From assembly GCF_009914755.1 (NCBI RefSeq), contig NC_060947.1: 64,000 nucleotides of DNA. One strand, written 5' to 3'. Positions within the stretch are counted from its first letter, which is position 1; the number at the start of each line of letters is the position of its first letter. A model generated the notes under the pieces. The model saw only the letters and a program-made list of their open reading frames with translations. It ran no database searches and was not told the origin of the DNA. The stretch is from the human T2T-CHM13v2.0 reference genome, Homo sapiens. A program made the translations under genes and the position numbers. Shown piece after piece: positions 50,359-64,000 of this stretch.

Positions 50359-51979
50359 CTGAAAGGTGACACAAACATGGTTATCCAAAAAGTAAGGCAG
50401 ACTACATTTTATGCCAGCTTCCAGAAATAGAAACCATTTTTGTTTTTAACACCATATGAAAGTTAAAATCCTAGGTCCTTCTTTTAAAATGCTAAAATAA
50501 GAAATAAGGAAAACTTCTGTGTTCTCTACTCATTATGAAATGTAGCATACTGGCTGTATTAATATAATTAATGACTAACAAATAATAGCAAAGTATATAA
50601 ACCATTTTTTAGATTTCTGAAATGTGTAATGGTTAATAGTAATCTAAAAATGTATATTCTCCAGCCTTCAGTATAAAAAGGACTGCAGAGTTCTATATGG
50701 CCTGTCTTAATACATAAATTTAAAATATTGTAAAATTTTGTCATTTAATTGCACCATCCTGTTTTTATCAGTTTATTGATTTTGATTTTAAAAATCTGTA
50801 TATGTCTAAATAAAGAAAATCCAAAATAGGTTCAAATAAGATTGGCAAATTTGCGTGAAAATACTAATATGTCATCTTTATAAAAGAGAACAAAAAAATT
50901 TTAAAATAGTTATCCAAACTCTAGTCATTTTATCTTTAGATTTCACTTTAAAAACAGTATCAAACCATGAATCTTTGTGACTTTACCACATCGTACATGC
51001 TACAGGTGTTTCTCAAGTTTAAGCAACTGACCTCATTAGATGAGGTGAGAAAGTAAAAGAATGAAATCTAAACAGTTCAAGACAAAGCAATGTACCTCCT
51101 TACAGGACATCAGAGATGATTAACTAATAACTGTGAAGTCATTTGGAGGAAGCATAATGTAGAGAAAAGAGAAAAGTTTAAAAATCAAAGAGAGCTACTT
51201 TCACACTCTAGGTACTAGTGGACACTGGCTAAGTGGTTTTAGGCATAAAACTTAAGAGTCTTTGAACTTCACCTTCCTCACCTGAAAAAATGAGGTCAGT
51301 ATCTACCCTACAGGATTTTAATGAAGATAAAATGAGAAACATGGGAAAGCACATAGCACTAATCCTGGTATATGGTAGGTATTCACCAAATGTTTCTTCT
51401 TTCCTTTCTGCATCTATAAAGCAACCTGAAGGAGTAACTGAAAAAAATGTGGTAGGTCATATTTCATCATTTTATAAGATGAATGGTTCAAAAAAGATCC
51501 AAAGCACAATTATTTTAATAAAATATGGACATAAGTACCCTTAAAAGTCATAATCAGCATGACCAAATGGAAAGTATAGTAGAACAAGAGACAATACATC
51601 TGAGTTCCAGCCATTTAAAACTCCTGGTTTCAGTGTCTTAATTGGTAAAGTGATGTCAATACCATCTATTGTTATGGTTGTTAAATAGCTCAAATGAAGC
51701 AATGTATATGACGGTATAGTCCTCCTCAATAATAATAATAGAAGTCATCATTACACTTCAGGGGTAAAAATAGTGCACATCCTACACTCAAACGCTTACT
51801 ATAATTTTGTGTTTACTTGAGGAATACAGACAGATGTGAAGTATTTATAAATTAACTATCTAAACATAAGAGGTAAGTGAACAAAAAATTATATTTTTTT
51901 CAAGTACTCTTTCAAGTAGGAATATCTAATGAATGGCTCAAGGGCTTATAAATAACATTTCATTTTCATATGTGCTTAC

Positions 51980-52038
51980 CTTTTTTCATCTCCTAATTCT
52001 TCATTTTTCCGAGATTTTTCAGAACATTTTTCTTTTCC
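51980..52038 (-). CDS. LRCH2: LRCH2 exon ~10 (GKEKCSEKSRKNEELGDEK(R))
   Basis: 59 nt, AAG acceptor / GTAAGC donor, phase 0 to 2. Confidence 0.9.
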
Positions 52039-52132
52039 CTTATATAAAAGAAAGTTACATTTTAAATTGTATAGTCCACTTTTATAAGATCAAGAGAACA
52101 TGTTATTAATATTTGTTCAAAGTTTTATTTAC

Positions 52133-52230
52133 CTTAAAGAATGATACAAATGATCCAATATGTGCATTTCCCTGTTCAGGAACTGCTACATCTTCTGTGT
52201 TGGGGTCAACAAAATCATATACCTCCTGGT
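52133..52230 (-). CDS. LRCH2: LRCH2 exon ~9 ((D)QEVYDFVDPNTEDVAVPEQGNAHIGSFVSFFK)
   Basis: 98 nt, TAG/GTAAAT, phase 1 to 0. Confidence 0.92.
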
Positions 52231-52415
52231 CTAGGTACAGATTAATATTTATTAGAAAATGTACATAGTAAACTGTATGCTTGACACTGCTGTCCTTAGA
52301 AAAATGTGTATTTTCTCAATGTAAGAGTTGGCTAAAGACAATATAATTTTTCAAAGCCCATTTTTAATGTGGGCTATGTACATGAAACAAAAATAGCAGG
52401 TACCATATGAATTAC

Positions 52416-52527
52416 CTTTCTGAGAATCAGTCTTACTTCCTATTATGTGACTGTCATTTCTTGATGTCTGCTCTCTATTTGATTCTGAGACTTGAGAATG
52501 AAGGCTGACTGTGTCATCATCTGATGG
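52416..52527 (-). CDS. LRCH2: LRCH2 exon ~8 (PSDDDTVSLHSQVSESNREQTSRNDSHIIGSKTDSQK)
   Basis: 112 nt, TAG/GTAATT, phase 0 to 1. Confidence 0.93.
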
Positions 52528-52829
52528 CTAAAAGGAATAAGCAAAAAGTACAAATGAGGCATTTTAAACTTACGATATGGATTATGTTACTTCAATTTTA
52601 CATATGAATTACAGAATGTCTGCTTTACATCTCCAGTTTTCAAACCCAAAATTAACATAAGGTTTACTGCTCAGCTTTAAAAATCAGCATGCCCTTTTTT
52701 TCAGTTTTAGTCATAAAATATAATGATCATATTTTCAAGCAAAATAAACTCAAGTATGCACAAGGGTCTCTATTTCAATGCTCTAATAAAATTGTAAAAC
52801 AGAATGGATCAGCAATAGAAAATACTCAC

Positions 52830-52917
52830 TTCTGTTGTGGATAATCGTTTCTCTCCATTATCACTTCCAATTCCAGAGTCAGGGCCATGATTTTTATTTG
52901 GATAAAAATCTTCCATA
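52830..52917 (-). CDS. LRCH2: LRCH2 exon ~7 ((S)MEDFYPNKNHGPDSGIGSDNGEKRLSTTE)
   Basis: 88 nt, TAG/GTGAGT; family motif DSGxxSxxxGxKRxS. Confidence 0.95.
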
Positions 52918-53764
52918 CTATGGAAATAGAAATCCTAAGAGCAGTTAGGATTTTCTTCTTAAATAGATAATGCACATTTGACCTAAAATTTCCCTAGATA
53001 ATACAGAATATATACTTTTGATGTCTAAGATCCTTAATTAGGGACATGAGGAGAAAAATATCAGAACTCTTCCTACAAAACATTTTATTCATGCCACTCA
53101 TGCAATATTGTTCCCTTCGTGTACTCTATAGTGTCAATTGTCAACAATAACCTATTATTTCTCCTCAGAGATTCAGAAAATCAGGCTGCCTTGTTAGAAC
53201 ATTATCTTGATGGAAGACCTGTTTTTCCCATTGGTTTGTCAAATTTCATCACAGAGCTTCGAAACATCTTTTAACTTCAATTTATATGCTTTACTCTTCA
53301 TTGGCTCTAAAAATGTTTTATTTATATAAATAATGCCCATCTAATAAAGAGAGGATGTAAAAATGAAAGCTACAAAGTATTGAATATGCACTTTAATACT
53401 TTCAAATTCACTTTGTCCTTGCAAATTTCTGATTTACAAAATATGCCACCCAGGAAGCAAAGTATTTTTCACTTAATTTGCAATTTTACCACACAGTCTA
53501 CAATGACCACTTATTATGTATGAGGAACTGTGCTAAATGTTTAAAAGACAAAACATTACATATTTATTGTGAAAAACTGTAGCAAATTGATGGTGTTTTC
53601 TCATTTTATATATGATAAAACTTTGACTGGAATGGATTAAGCAATTTATCCAAGGATACGCAACTTGCAGCCAGCAGTCCAAATTTGATCCCTCAATTAT
53701 CTAGCACCAAAGTCCCTGGTGGTAATCACTATGTTTTAATTCCGCTCCTAAAACCAGTTTCATG

Positions 53765-53799
<35 letters not shown>

Positions 53800-54924
53800 A
53801 ATAACAACAACAAAAAAAAACTTTTTTTTGTACTTTTCAGAAGTATATGAATACATTTAGGGAATCACCTACCAAGTATCAGGTACTATGCTGAATGCTT
53901 AAGAGAAAATACATTTTTAAAACTTGCCTCCAAAGAGCTAGCTCTCAGCCTAGAGGAAAAATGAATGTGTTTAAATGTTTTGAAGACTATGACAAAGGTA
54001 AATACAAAGTGCTATGAGAAAAAAAAAAAAGGTCAACTAATTCTCCTCGGTAAAGTTAGGAAAGGCATCACTCAAGAATGTGGCATTTGAGCTTAGTCTT
54101 GTGGATGAAGAGGCAATAACTGTTAGCATTCATTGAGTGTCTATACTGTGTTATGTACTGTGTTAGATGCACCTCATATTTTAGACATAATTCTTACAGT
54201 CTTGAAGTTATAATTATTATCTTTTTACAAAAAAAAATAAAGCTTACAAAAGTTAACGTCCCAAGGGGAAAAATTATAACATTTGCTGTTTATCATTTAT
54301 TGAACTAATTGCTAGGCACACATTTAATTCTCACAACTGTAGAAGTGGGTATGGTTAACATTTTAGGTATGGAAACAGGCTCAGAGAAGTTAAATAACTT
54401 ACACAAGGCCACAGAGAAATTAAGTAGTTAAACCATGATTAGAGCCAAAATTCATCTGACTGCACTGCACAAAATACTCCATGTATTTGTAGTAAATGAC
54501 AATGATGATAATAAGCTATTTGTTGAGGAAATGTTATGGGTAAGGCATTGCACTAAGTGCTCTACATACATTGCTTCATTTAATCCTGACAGCACCTGTG
54601 TAATTATTTTCTTTTTTACATATGAGAAAACTGAGGACCAGAGACATTAATACACAAGGACATACAGTTATTAAGAGTCATAAAAGGGCTTCAAAGCCAT
54701 ATTATGTCTGACTCCAAAAGCTATTATATGTAAGTACTGTAGTGCCTATCTATGTATAATAAAGAGTTTACAAAACAGACAAGGCATGGAAGGGCATTCT
54801 AGGTAGTAAGAACCATACAGCCAAGAGCCTGAGTATGAAAGTGGAAAGCACATACAAGAATTTTCTAAGTAGTTCAATACAGGCTGTGAGTGAGAAATTA
54901 ATACAACTGACAACCCACTCTATA

Positions 54925-55210
54925 GACCTGCACTGTCCAATACGGTAAGCAGCCAGTAGCCATATACAGCCATTCCAAATCGAGACACACTATACACATA
55001 AAGTACATACCAGATTTCAAAGATTTAATATTAAATAAGCATATAAAATATCTCACCAAGTTTTCACATTAATTACATGTTGAAATGATAATATTTTGGA
55101 TATACTCAAATAACATGTATTTCTTTTTACTTTTTTCAAAATGGGTAACAAAAAATTAAAAATTATATATGTGGCTCACATTATATTTTTACTGGATGGT
55201 CCTGCTAGAG
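54925..55210. mobile_element. MER33/MER3-like hAT element
   Basis: CACTGTCCAATA…GTGGCTCACATTATATTTTTACTGGA. Confidence 0.72.
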
Positions 55211-56877
55211 AATATCTCCAAAATATATCTTAATTCTGCCCATTTCTTTTCATCTGTATTGCAATTACTTTATTCTAGACCCCCTGATCTCTTGGCAATA
55301 CTACAACAATCCAACTGGTCCCTGTGCTTCTATTTTTGCTTACTTCCAATCTATTCTCCTATAAGCCAAAATAGTTTTTTTTAAAAAAATGAGTCAAATC
55401 ATGTTATTCCCCCACTTAAAACTGTCCAATGACTTCCCACTGTACTTTAAGTAAAATTCAAACTTCTTACCACATCCTACAAAGCACCCACATGACTTGA
55501 ACTCTGACTACCTCTCTAAAATCAACATGTACCACGTTTCCCTTCAGCTACTCTGCTCCAACCACGCTGGTCTCCTTTCAGTTGTTTGAACACACAAAGT
55601 TCCTTCCTAACTTAAGGCCATGGCAATGTCATTCTTTCTGCCTAAGATGCTCTTACTTTGCTCTTCACAGAGCTGGCTTTTATTCATTCCCTGACGACAC
55701 TCTTGAAATACATTCCTTCATAGCACAGAATACAATTTGAAATTTTATATGTGTGTGTATTTCCTTGCTTTGTTTATTCACTGACTCCTGCTCCACTACA
55801 TTGTGAGCACCAAGAGGCCAAGACCAACATATATGACATTCAACAAAACATAACTGAATCTACCAGTAGGCATTCAACTGATATTTGTAAAATAAATGAC
55901 TAAAACAGTAAATGCCATTACTAAAAGTAAATTCATGTTAAAATAAATATAAAGCAGATTAATAGAGATTAGAATGCCTTAATTCCAATTTTTGGAGCCT
56001 TGTTTGGTCTAATACTGTTCATAATATTAAACAAAATAATCTTTAAAAACTGAATCTAATGTTTAGATACTTAATTCTACTTACAAAATAAAAATATTCA
56101 AGAAAAAGTCCTATTTGGGAATTCACAAACTTGTGCTGTTAACAATAGTACTTACTATATTGCCATTCAAAGCAATATAAAATTTATATATATGCAATGA
56201 CAAATCTTTAAATATTTTAGGCAAGGGCATGGTCTAGCTTTCTGTAGTCTCACCCCATTCTAGGTTATTTTCTAAACTATTACATGGATTTATACTTTCA
56301 TAAAATCTTTCAGACCAATCTACATCTTGAAAGGATGAATTAAAAACAGAATGTTCAATCTACTATCTCAAAATCTCATGAGGATCAAAACACTGAAATC
56401 ATAAAGAACATCAAAGATGTTCATCAAAGATGATATATCATTATATGTCATTATGATATATCATCTTTGATCCAGACATAAAGACTATGATGAAAGGGAA
56501 AAGGTACTCCCCAAATGTCTTGCTCTTCCACCAACCTCAGTTCAAAGTCAAATTCTACTTGTTGTTACAAATGTACAATACAGTGATCACAAAATAAATT
56601 AACAGTTGTCACATGCTGAGAAATTAGTGTTTCCGTAATATAATGTCAAACATTTACATTTTTACTACTAAAACTTTAATGATTGAGAAAATGTCAAAAA
56701 TATTCTAGTATCCTAGAACTTCATTCTATGATGGTGATATGTAGCTTCAGCCAATTATTTATTTTAGTGCTGGACCAATCAGCCTAAATATATTCGGAAC
56801 ACTCAAGATTAATAAGTATATTTCATAAAAAGAGAAGACAGCAATCATCAAATGAAACTGTAAGAATGTTACATTAC

Positions 56878-57011
56878 CTGTCTGTGAGAGGCTGTGAGGG
56901 CATTCGTTTACTCAATGATGGAAGATCCAGGGAATCTGGTTTCTTATCCATTCTGCAACATGCTTGAATATTTAAGTACTTAAATATGTGCACCTTACCC
57001 TTTAAACATAT
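56878..57011 (-). CDS. LRCH2: LRCH2 exon ~6, C-cap of LRR region (ICLKGKVHIFKYLNIQACCRMDKKPDSLDLPSLSKRMPSQPLTD(S))
   Basis: 134 nt, CAG/GTAATG; family motif ICxKGKVHIFKYL. Confidence 0.96.
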
Positions 57012-58243
57012 CTGTCAATAAAAAATAAAGATTTAATTATATAGTTCCAAATATAAATGACATCTATCATTTTAAACCATTCAATAGTCTCAAATTACAT
57101 TGAGACATCACAATCTTGATTGATACTTTGCATATTTAAATAATTTGTACTTCTGACACCAGGTGGAAAAATCTGACAACACTGATACCAACTAAAATTC
57201 TATTGCCATCTCTGTTCTTATTGAAAAAAGTTAATTTTTCTATATTTCACTAGAGTTTTCTTGTCAAAAGCAGAATGTACAAACTATTAAACAATATGAA
57301 GTTTACAACTCATAAAAGTGGCCTTTATTTGAAAAAATGAAAAATATATATTCATTGGAATGGTAAGAAAAGAACAAATAATCTATGTGATTCTTTAAAG
57401 TAATCTCATCAGAACCACTAAGATGTTTGGCATAAAACCTGGAGAAGGCTAACATAAAAAATATAAATATAGGAAAAATGAATTTTTTGAAAGGTACGAT
57501 ATTAGGCTGGTGAGACTGAAATAATAAAAGAAAACACTGGTCAATTCAACTAGAATAATATCCTAAGAAATTACTTTCATTGGCCATAGAGAAAATGAAT
57601 AATGAGGAATAAAATACTATGTGAGCAAAGATACTCTGTATAAAAACAATAGAAAATGAGAGGTAAGAAAACTGTAAGTCAGCTTTATCAAGGTTAATTA
57701 CAGTCACTAAGTGACATCAAATAAATATTTCTCAAAATTCTAATAAAAAATGTAACATTTTATGGGCTCACATAAGCTTACCTCACATGCAAAAAAATCA
57801 GCAAAGAAAACAGTAAGACAACAACATTAAAAAGCAATTATCATTCCAGGTCCAAAGGAAGAATGTTTCTTAGATAATTCTAACAGATACTAGGTCTGAC
57901 TTGACCACTGAAAAATTTCATTTAAAAGGAAAATTAAAACTTTTGAGCTATTAGAATATAAATATATTGCCAATTAAATGTTGTAAATATCATTGATTTT
58001 TCTATTAATTATAAATTATTAATATTAAATACTATCAACTAAAATGTGCTAAAATTAAAATGTGAGGTAGTATTCTATTATACGTCCAAACTAAACAAAA
58101 ATTTATCTTAATTACCAAATTAAGTGCTGGTAAATCACTCTCTTGTAAATTTTAACTTTTTATCATAGTACTTCATGTACACAGTTTTTAAATTTAAAAA
58201 TAATTACAAAGCTGACAAGACATAATCCTCAATTCTACTTCTC

Positions 58244-58599
<356 letters not shown>

Positions 58600-58804
58600 T
58601 AAACTCTTTTAGTTTAATTTCTATTTGCCCTCATATTTATTAATAACATGCTTCTACTGCTATTTGTTTTAAATTTTCCAATGGTAGATTTATTGGAGTA
58701 TCACTAAGGAAGATGAGGACTTGGATTTCTTACATTACCCACACCACCACCACCATCCCAGCCTCCCCGCTTCCTATCAATTCACATAAACATACTTCTC
58801 TCTT

Positions 58805-59070
58805 CAGAAGTATAACATAGTGGTTAAAGAGCATGGACTCTGCAGTCACACTGCCTTAGGTTGAATCCTGGCTCTAACCCATGCTAGCAATGTGACCTTG
58901 AACAAGTCATTTAACTTCTATGCCTCTGTTTTCTTACATGTAAAATGAGGATAATGACAGTACTTGTTTTACAGGGTTAACATAAGAATTAAATGAGTTA
59001 ATATACGTAAAGCATTTTCAACAGTGTCTAGAACACAGCAAATACTATATAAATCTCTGCTATTATAACT
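58805..59070 (+). mobile_element. MIR
   Basis: GTGGTTAAAGAGCATGGACTCTG…GTGACCTTGAACAAGTCATTTAAC. Confidence 0.88.
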
Positions 59071-59760
59071 ATGTCACAGTTTTTCACTAAATCAAAATCT
59101 AGTGTTTATATTATTATGACCAAGAAAATATTCACAGATAAACTCTACAGAGTAATATGATTACATTTCCTTTCTCCTGTAAGTTTTTGTTTTTCCTAAA
59201 GTAATTAATGGCCCCATTTTTTCTTTTGAAAAATTTTCTATATGCCTATTATAAATTCATTCTTGACTCTGACAGAAGTATAAAACATCTCTCCATGTGG
59301 ACAAACGTATCAAATCATCTCTTACTTTCTATTTTTTTTTTTTTTTTTTTTGGAGACAACTCCTGTACTCCAAACTACTGACTGGCTGCTTACTAGGCCT
59401 ATGCATATCTGTCAATCTCAGACAAGAAGAATTCCCCTTTTTTTAGTTTACTCCCTCACTTTGGTATAGTACACCCTCTGCTAGCATCCTAAGAAAGGGT
59501 ACATGGGAGTAAAAATTTCTAAGATCTTGCATGTTTGAAACCTTTTTCTACCTCACATTTGATGACAGTTTGAATGTAGAATGTTAGAAATACTCCCTTA
59601 GTCCTCGAAGGTATCATTCCAACATCTGCCAGTTTCCACAACTGCTGCTAGAAAGCCATGCTGATTAGCACTCCTATGAATATGCTCCATTTTTCCTCTT
59701 TATTTTTTCTTCGAGCTTTATTAAAGTATGAGTTACAAATAAAATTTTTTTATATTTAAG

Positions 59761-60249
59761 TGCCATGTCCATCCCGCTGACCCTGACCCAATGACGGATG
59801 AAAGACGTACACTGACACAGATACTTTGCCTGTCAGTCTGGCTAAGGGGCTCTGCTGCCTGAGTCTGCAGCATCTGCCTCGATAAGCCGGGGAAGTTCGC
59901 ATTTATTTAGTACTGATTAAATTACAAAGGTCTCGAGTAAACACCGCTAGAAGGTAATTAACACTGCCAACCCCTCGAGTAGAGAGCAATCATGCACTCA
60001 CAGATGATAAAAGGTTGGGCTTAGGGCCACATGAGTAAACAAGCTATTTAGATAAACTCCCTTACATTCCTTTGTACCTACTTTAAACTATTAACTCAAG
60101 GTAAGAGGATTAGGCTGACTTCAGCTGAACTTTTTACTGAAGCTATGCAACCCCCCCAGCCTTCCAAGAAGGTTTGTGTCTATTTCCTATAACTATCTTC
60201 ATAACTTTTCTTCTATAATTTTTCCCACCACCCTGACTGAACTCCCAAA
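59761..60249 (-). mobile_element. LTR22 (HERV-K22/HML-5) solo LTR
   Basis: Reverse complement starts TTGGGAGTTCAGTCAGGGTGGTGGGAAAAATTAT; TSD TTTAAG at 59755-59760 and 60250-60255. Confidence 0.82.
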
Positions 60250-60280
60250 TTTAAGGTGTACAACGTGATGCTTTGATATA

Positions 60281-60718
60281 CAGTTGACCCTTGAACAACA
60301 CAAGTTTGAACTGTGCAGGTCCATTATACATGGATTTTCTTCCACCTCTGCCACTCCTGAGACAGCTAGACCAACCCCTCCTCTTCCTCCTCTTCAGCCC
60401 TGTTCAATGTGAAGACCATGGGGATGAAGATCTTTATGATGATCAACTTCCACTTAGTGAATGGTAAATATATTTTCTCTTCCTTATGATTTTCTTAATA
60501 ACATTTTCTTTTCTGTAGCTTACTTGATTGTAAGAATACAGTAAATAACATATAACATATAAAATATGTGTTAGTCAACTGTTTGTTATTGATAAGGCTT
60601 CCAGTCAACAGTAGGCTATTAGCAGCTAAGTTTTTTGTGATTCCAAAGTTATACATGGATTTTTTACAGTATGCAGGGTTCGATGCCCCTAACCCTCATG
60701 TTGTCCAAGGATCAACTG
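60281..60718 (+). mobile_element. Tigger2a (MER28) MITE
   Basis: TIRs CAGTTGACCCTTGAACAA / TTGTCCAAGGATCAACTG, TA TSDs. Confidence 0.88.
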
Positions 60719-61334
60719 TATTATACATTGTGAAATGATTACCACAGTCAAGCTAATTAACATGCCCATCACCTCATGTAGTTACCTTGTTTGTGTGTGT
60801 AGTGAGAACACTTCAGTTCAACTCTCTTAACAAATTTCAAGTAAATACAATATTATTAACTATTATCAGCATGGTATACATTAGGTCCTCAGTACTTATT
60901 CATCTTATAACTGAAGGATGGTACCGTTTAAAATCTCCCCTTTATCCACACCCCCCAGCCCCTGGTAACCACCATTCTACTCTCTGTCACCAGGAGTTCA
61001 ACTTTTTTTTTTTAAGGTTCCACATATACGTGAGATCACACAGCATTTATCTTTCTGTGTCAGGCTTATTTCAATTAGTATAATGTCCTTAAGTTTCATC
61101 CATGTTGTTGCAAATGACAGGATTTCCTTCTTTTTCTAAGGCTGAATAATATTTCATTACACACAAACACACCCCCCCCCACACACACACACACACACTA
61201 TATTTTCTTTATCCATTCATCTGTTGATGGACATACAGGTTGTTTCCATATCTTGACTGTAGTGAATAATGTTGCAATGAACATGGGAGTGCAGATTATT
61301 TCTTTAAGATGGTGATTTCATTTCCTTCGGATAT

Positions 61335-62753
61335 TGTAATTTGTAAGGAATGTATACTTGGTTTTGCTCCCATTTCCTATACACAGCTCCTAAAACTCTT
61401 ACACGATCTCTTAAGTGGTAAGTATCCCTTTGCATGCTAATGAATGACTGGTGGCTGGGAGCTCCTGGATAGCCACAGGATAAGGGACTGATTGCCAGGA
61501 AAACCAACCATGGGATTAGGCGCTTGAAACTTTCAATCCTACCTCCCTCACCTCCAGGAACCAGAGAAGGGCTGAAAGTTGAGGTGATCACCAATGGCCA
61601 ATGATGTAACCAATTGTGCCTCCACAACGAAGCCTCCATAAAAACCAAAAGGACAGGGTTCGGAAAGCTTACAAATTGCTAAACACGTGGAGGTGCCTGG
61701 AAGGTGGCGTGCCCACAGAGGGCACAAAAGCTTCATTGAGGTTCAGAAAATGATACCCCAAAATGAAAGCCTCAGAAGCAAAGTTTTTCTCTGACCTTCT
61801 CCAGACGCCCCTCCCCTGTCTCTCACCTCCTCATTCTCACTAGAGGCAAGTCATGGAAACAAGAATTTATCGTCCCCAAGGCCAGTCATAGGCACTAGAA
61901 CCCCTTTTTTCCAAAGCCAGCCATAAAGCCTAATCTAACCTTCCCCTACCTTTCTGTGTAACCACTGGCCATAAACAAATTAAAACCCTCATTCCAGAGA
62001 AGTATTACCCTACACCCAGAAGGAACAAACGCTACAACAGAGACACCAAGAAAAGGCCTTGCTAGGTTTTCCCACTCCATCTATTACCATTAGCTCATGC
62101 TTTTTTTGTCCAATCACATTTCTACACTGCTGTCCCAGTCTGAATTGAATCGAAGCATAAAGTCAGCTAACTTTCTCTATATCCTTGGGTCCTTATTCTG
62201 AAGGCTCCAGTGTCACGTAAAACTATGATCAAATAAAGTTGTTATCCTTTTATCTTGTTTACTTGTTTTTTGTTATAGGGGTATCAGCCGTGACCCTTAT
62301 GATGGGGAGGAAAGGGAACATCCCCTCTCCACCCCTTCAGTTAGCACCCCTTCTCATATGCCTTGTCCTATCCTTCTCTTCCATCTGGCTATTCATTTGT
62401 ATCCTTTGTAATAAATTAGCAATAGTAAGTAAAGTGTTTCACTAAGTTCTGTGAACCACTCTAGTAAATTAACTGAACCTGAGGAGGGGGTCATGGGAAC
62501 CTTAACTTATAGTTGGTCAGTCAGAAGTATAGGTGAGCAGTCTGTGGGACTGAGCTCTTAACCTGTAGGATCTGATGTTAACTCCAGGTAGTGTCAGAAT
62601 TGAATTGAATTATAGGATACCCAGTCAGTGTCTGCTGGAGAACTGCTTGGTGGTGGGAAGAAATCTGACGCATTTTGGTGACCAGAAGTGAAGTATTCTG
62701 TATTGAGAATTAAAATAGAAAAAATAGTTTGGTTTATTTTTCTATCTCTTACA
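61335..62753 (+). mobile_element. MER21-type solo LTR split by a MER39-like LTR (~61734-62339)
   Basis: TG…CA ends; MER21 motifs resume after 62340; inner LTR resembles 24615-25151. Confidence 0.75.
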
Positions 62754-63265
62754 GATGTATACCCAGAGGTAGGACTGTAATATTATATGGTAGCTCTACT
62801 TTTAATTTTTTGAGGAAGCACTATACTGTTTTCCATAATGGCTGTACCATTTTACATTCCCATCAATAGTGTACAATGGTTCCCTTTTCTCCATATCCTT
62901 GCCAGCACTGGTTATCTTTTCTTTTTGATAACAGGCATCCTAACAAGTGTGAAGTGATATCTCATTGTGGTTGTGATTTACATTTCCCTGATGATTAGGA
63001 ATGCTGAATATCTTTTCATATAGCTGTTGGCCATTTGTATGTCTTGTTTGAAAAAATGTCTATTCAAGTCCTTTGCCTATTTTTCAATTTTTTTTTTTTT
63101 TGCTATTGAGTTATATGAATCCTTTTTGTATTTTGGCTATTAACCCCTCATCAGATATATGGTTTACAAATATTTCTGGATATCCACACACACACAAAAA
63201 ATAAATGTGCTCCCTTTCGTTTCAATGAAAGCCTTTGGTGTTTTGGTCTCTGTCTTTCATGTTAG

Positions 63266-63814
<549 letters not shown>

Positions 63815-64000
63815 TGTCTGTTAATTTCCAAAAGGGATAATAAAAAACAAACTGGAAGCTCTGTGTGCATGGGGAAGTTTCCTGATGGTGAGCTTCCATC
63901 TATCTGGTGATCAGACACAGACTAGCCATTTCATCAGGTGACTCCAAAAATTCAGTATATAGATAGGTCTCTTCTCCTGCTGCAGTTTACTAAGGAAGAA

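Larger units (their letters stand above)
59700..63178 (-). mobile_element. L1MA/L1MB 3' fragment carrying four nested insertions
   Basis: 3'UTR and ORF2 C-terminus motifs resume across each insertion. Confidence 0.85.

Noticed and set aside
53767-53830. A31 run followed by (ACA)n and a T-run as a terminator or retrocopy
   Set aside because: No retroelement body or TSD identifiable; treated as a low-complexity tract.

Overview
Human/hominid X-linked genomic DNA, AT-rich and repeat-dense. It is the 3' two-thirds of LRCH2 (leucine-rich repeat and calponin-homology domain 2) on the minus strand. Sixteen coding exons (numbered about 6-21 from recall of the gene model) were reconstructed by hand. 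All have GT-AG boundaries and join in one open frame from the end of the LRR region to the CH domain. The introns hold an H/ACA snoRNA (probably SNORA35B), a TMSB4X processed pseudogene, a Y3 RNA retrocopy, L1s of several ages, Alus, LTRs (THE1, MER4A, MER39, MER21, LTR22) and DNA transposons (Tigger1, Tigger2a, MER44, MER2). The supplied ORF track is almost entirely L1/Alu/microsatellite artefact and misses the real gene. Best leads: the snoRNA, two candidate unannotated LRCH2 cassette exons (one poison, one frameshifted), inverted L1PA copies bracketing a frame-symmetric six-exon block, an Alu-MER4A-Alu composite that looks like a templated insertion, and a DSGIGS phosphodegron. No prokaryote-type system (CRISPR etc.) is present. 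Repeat subfamily names come from recalled consensus sequences and repeat boundaries are approximate.
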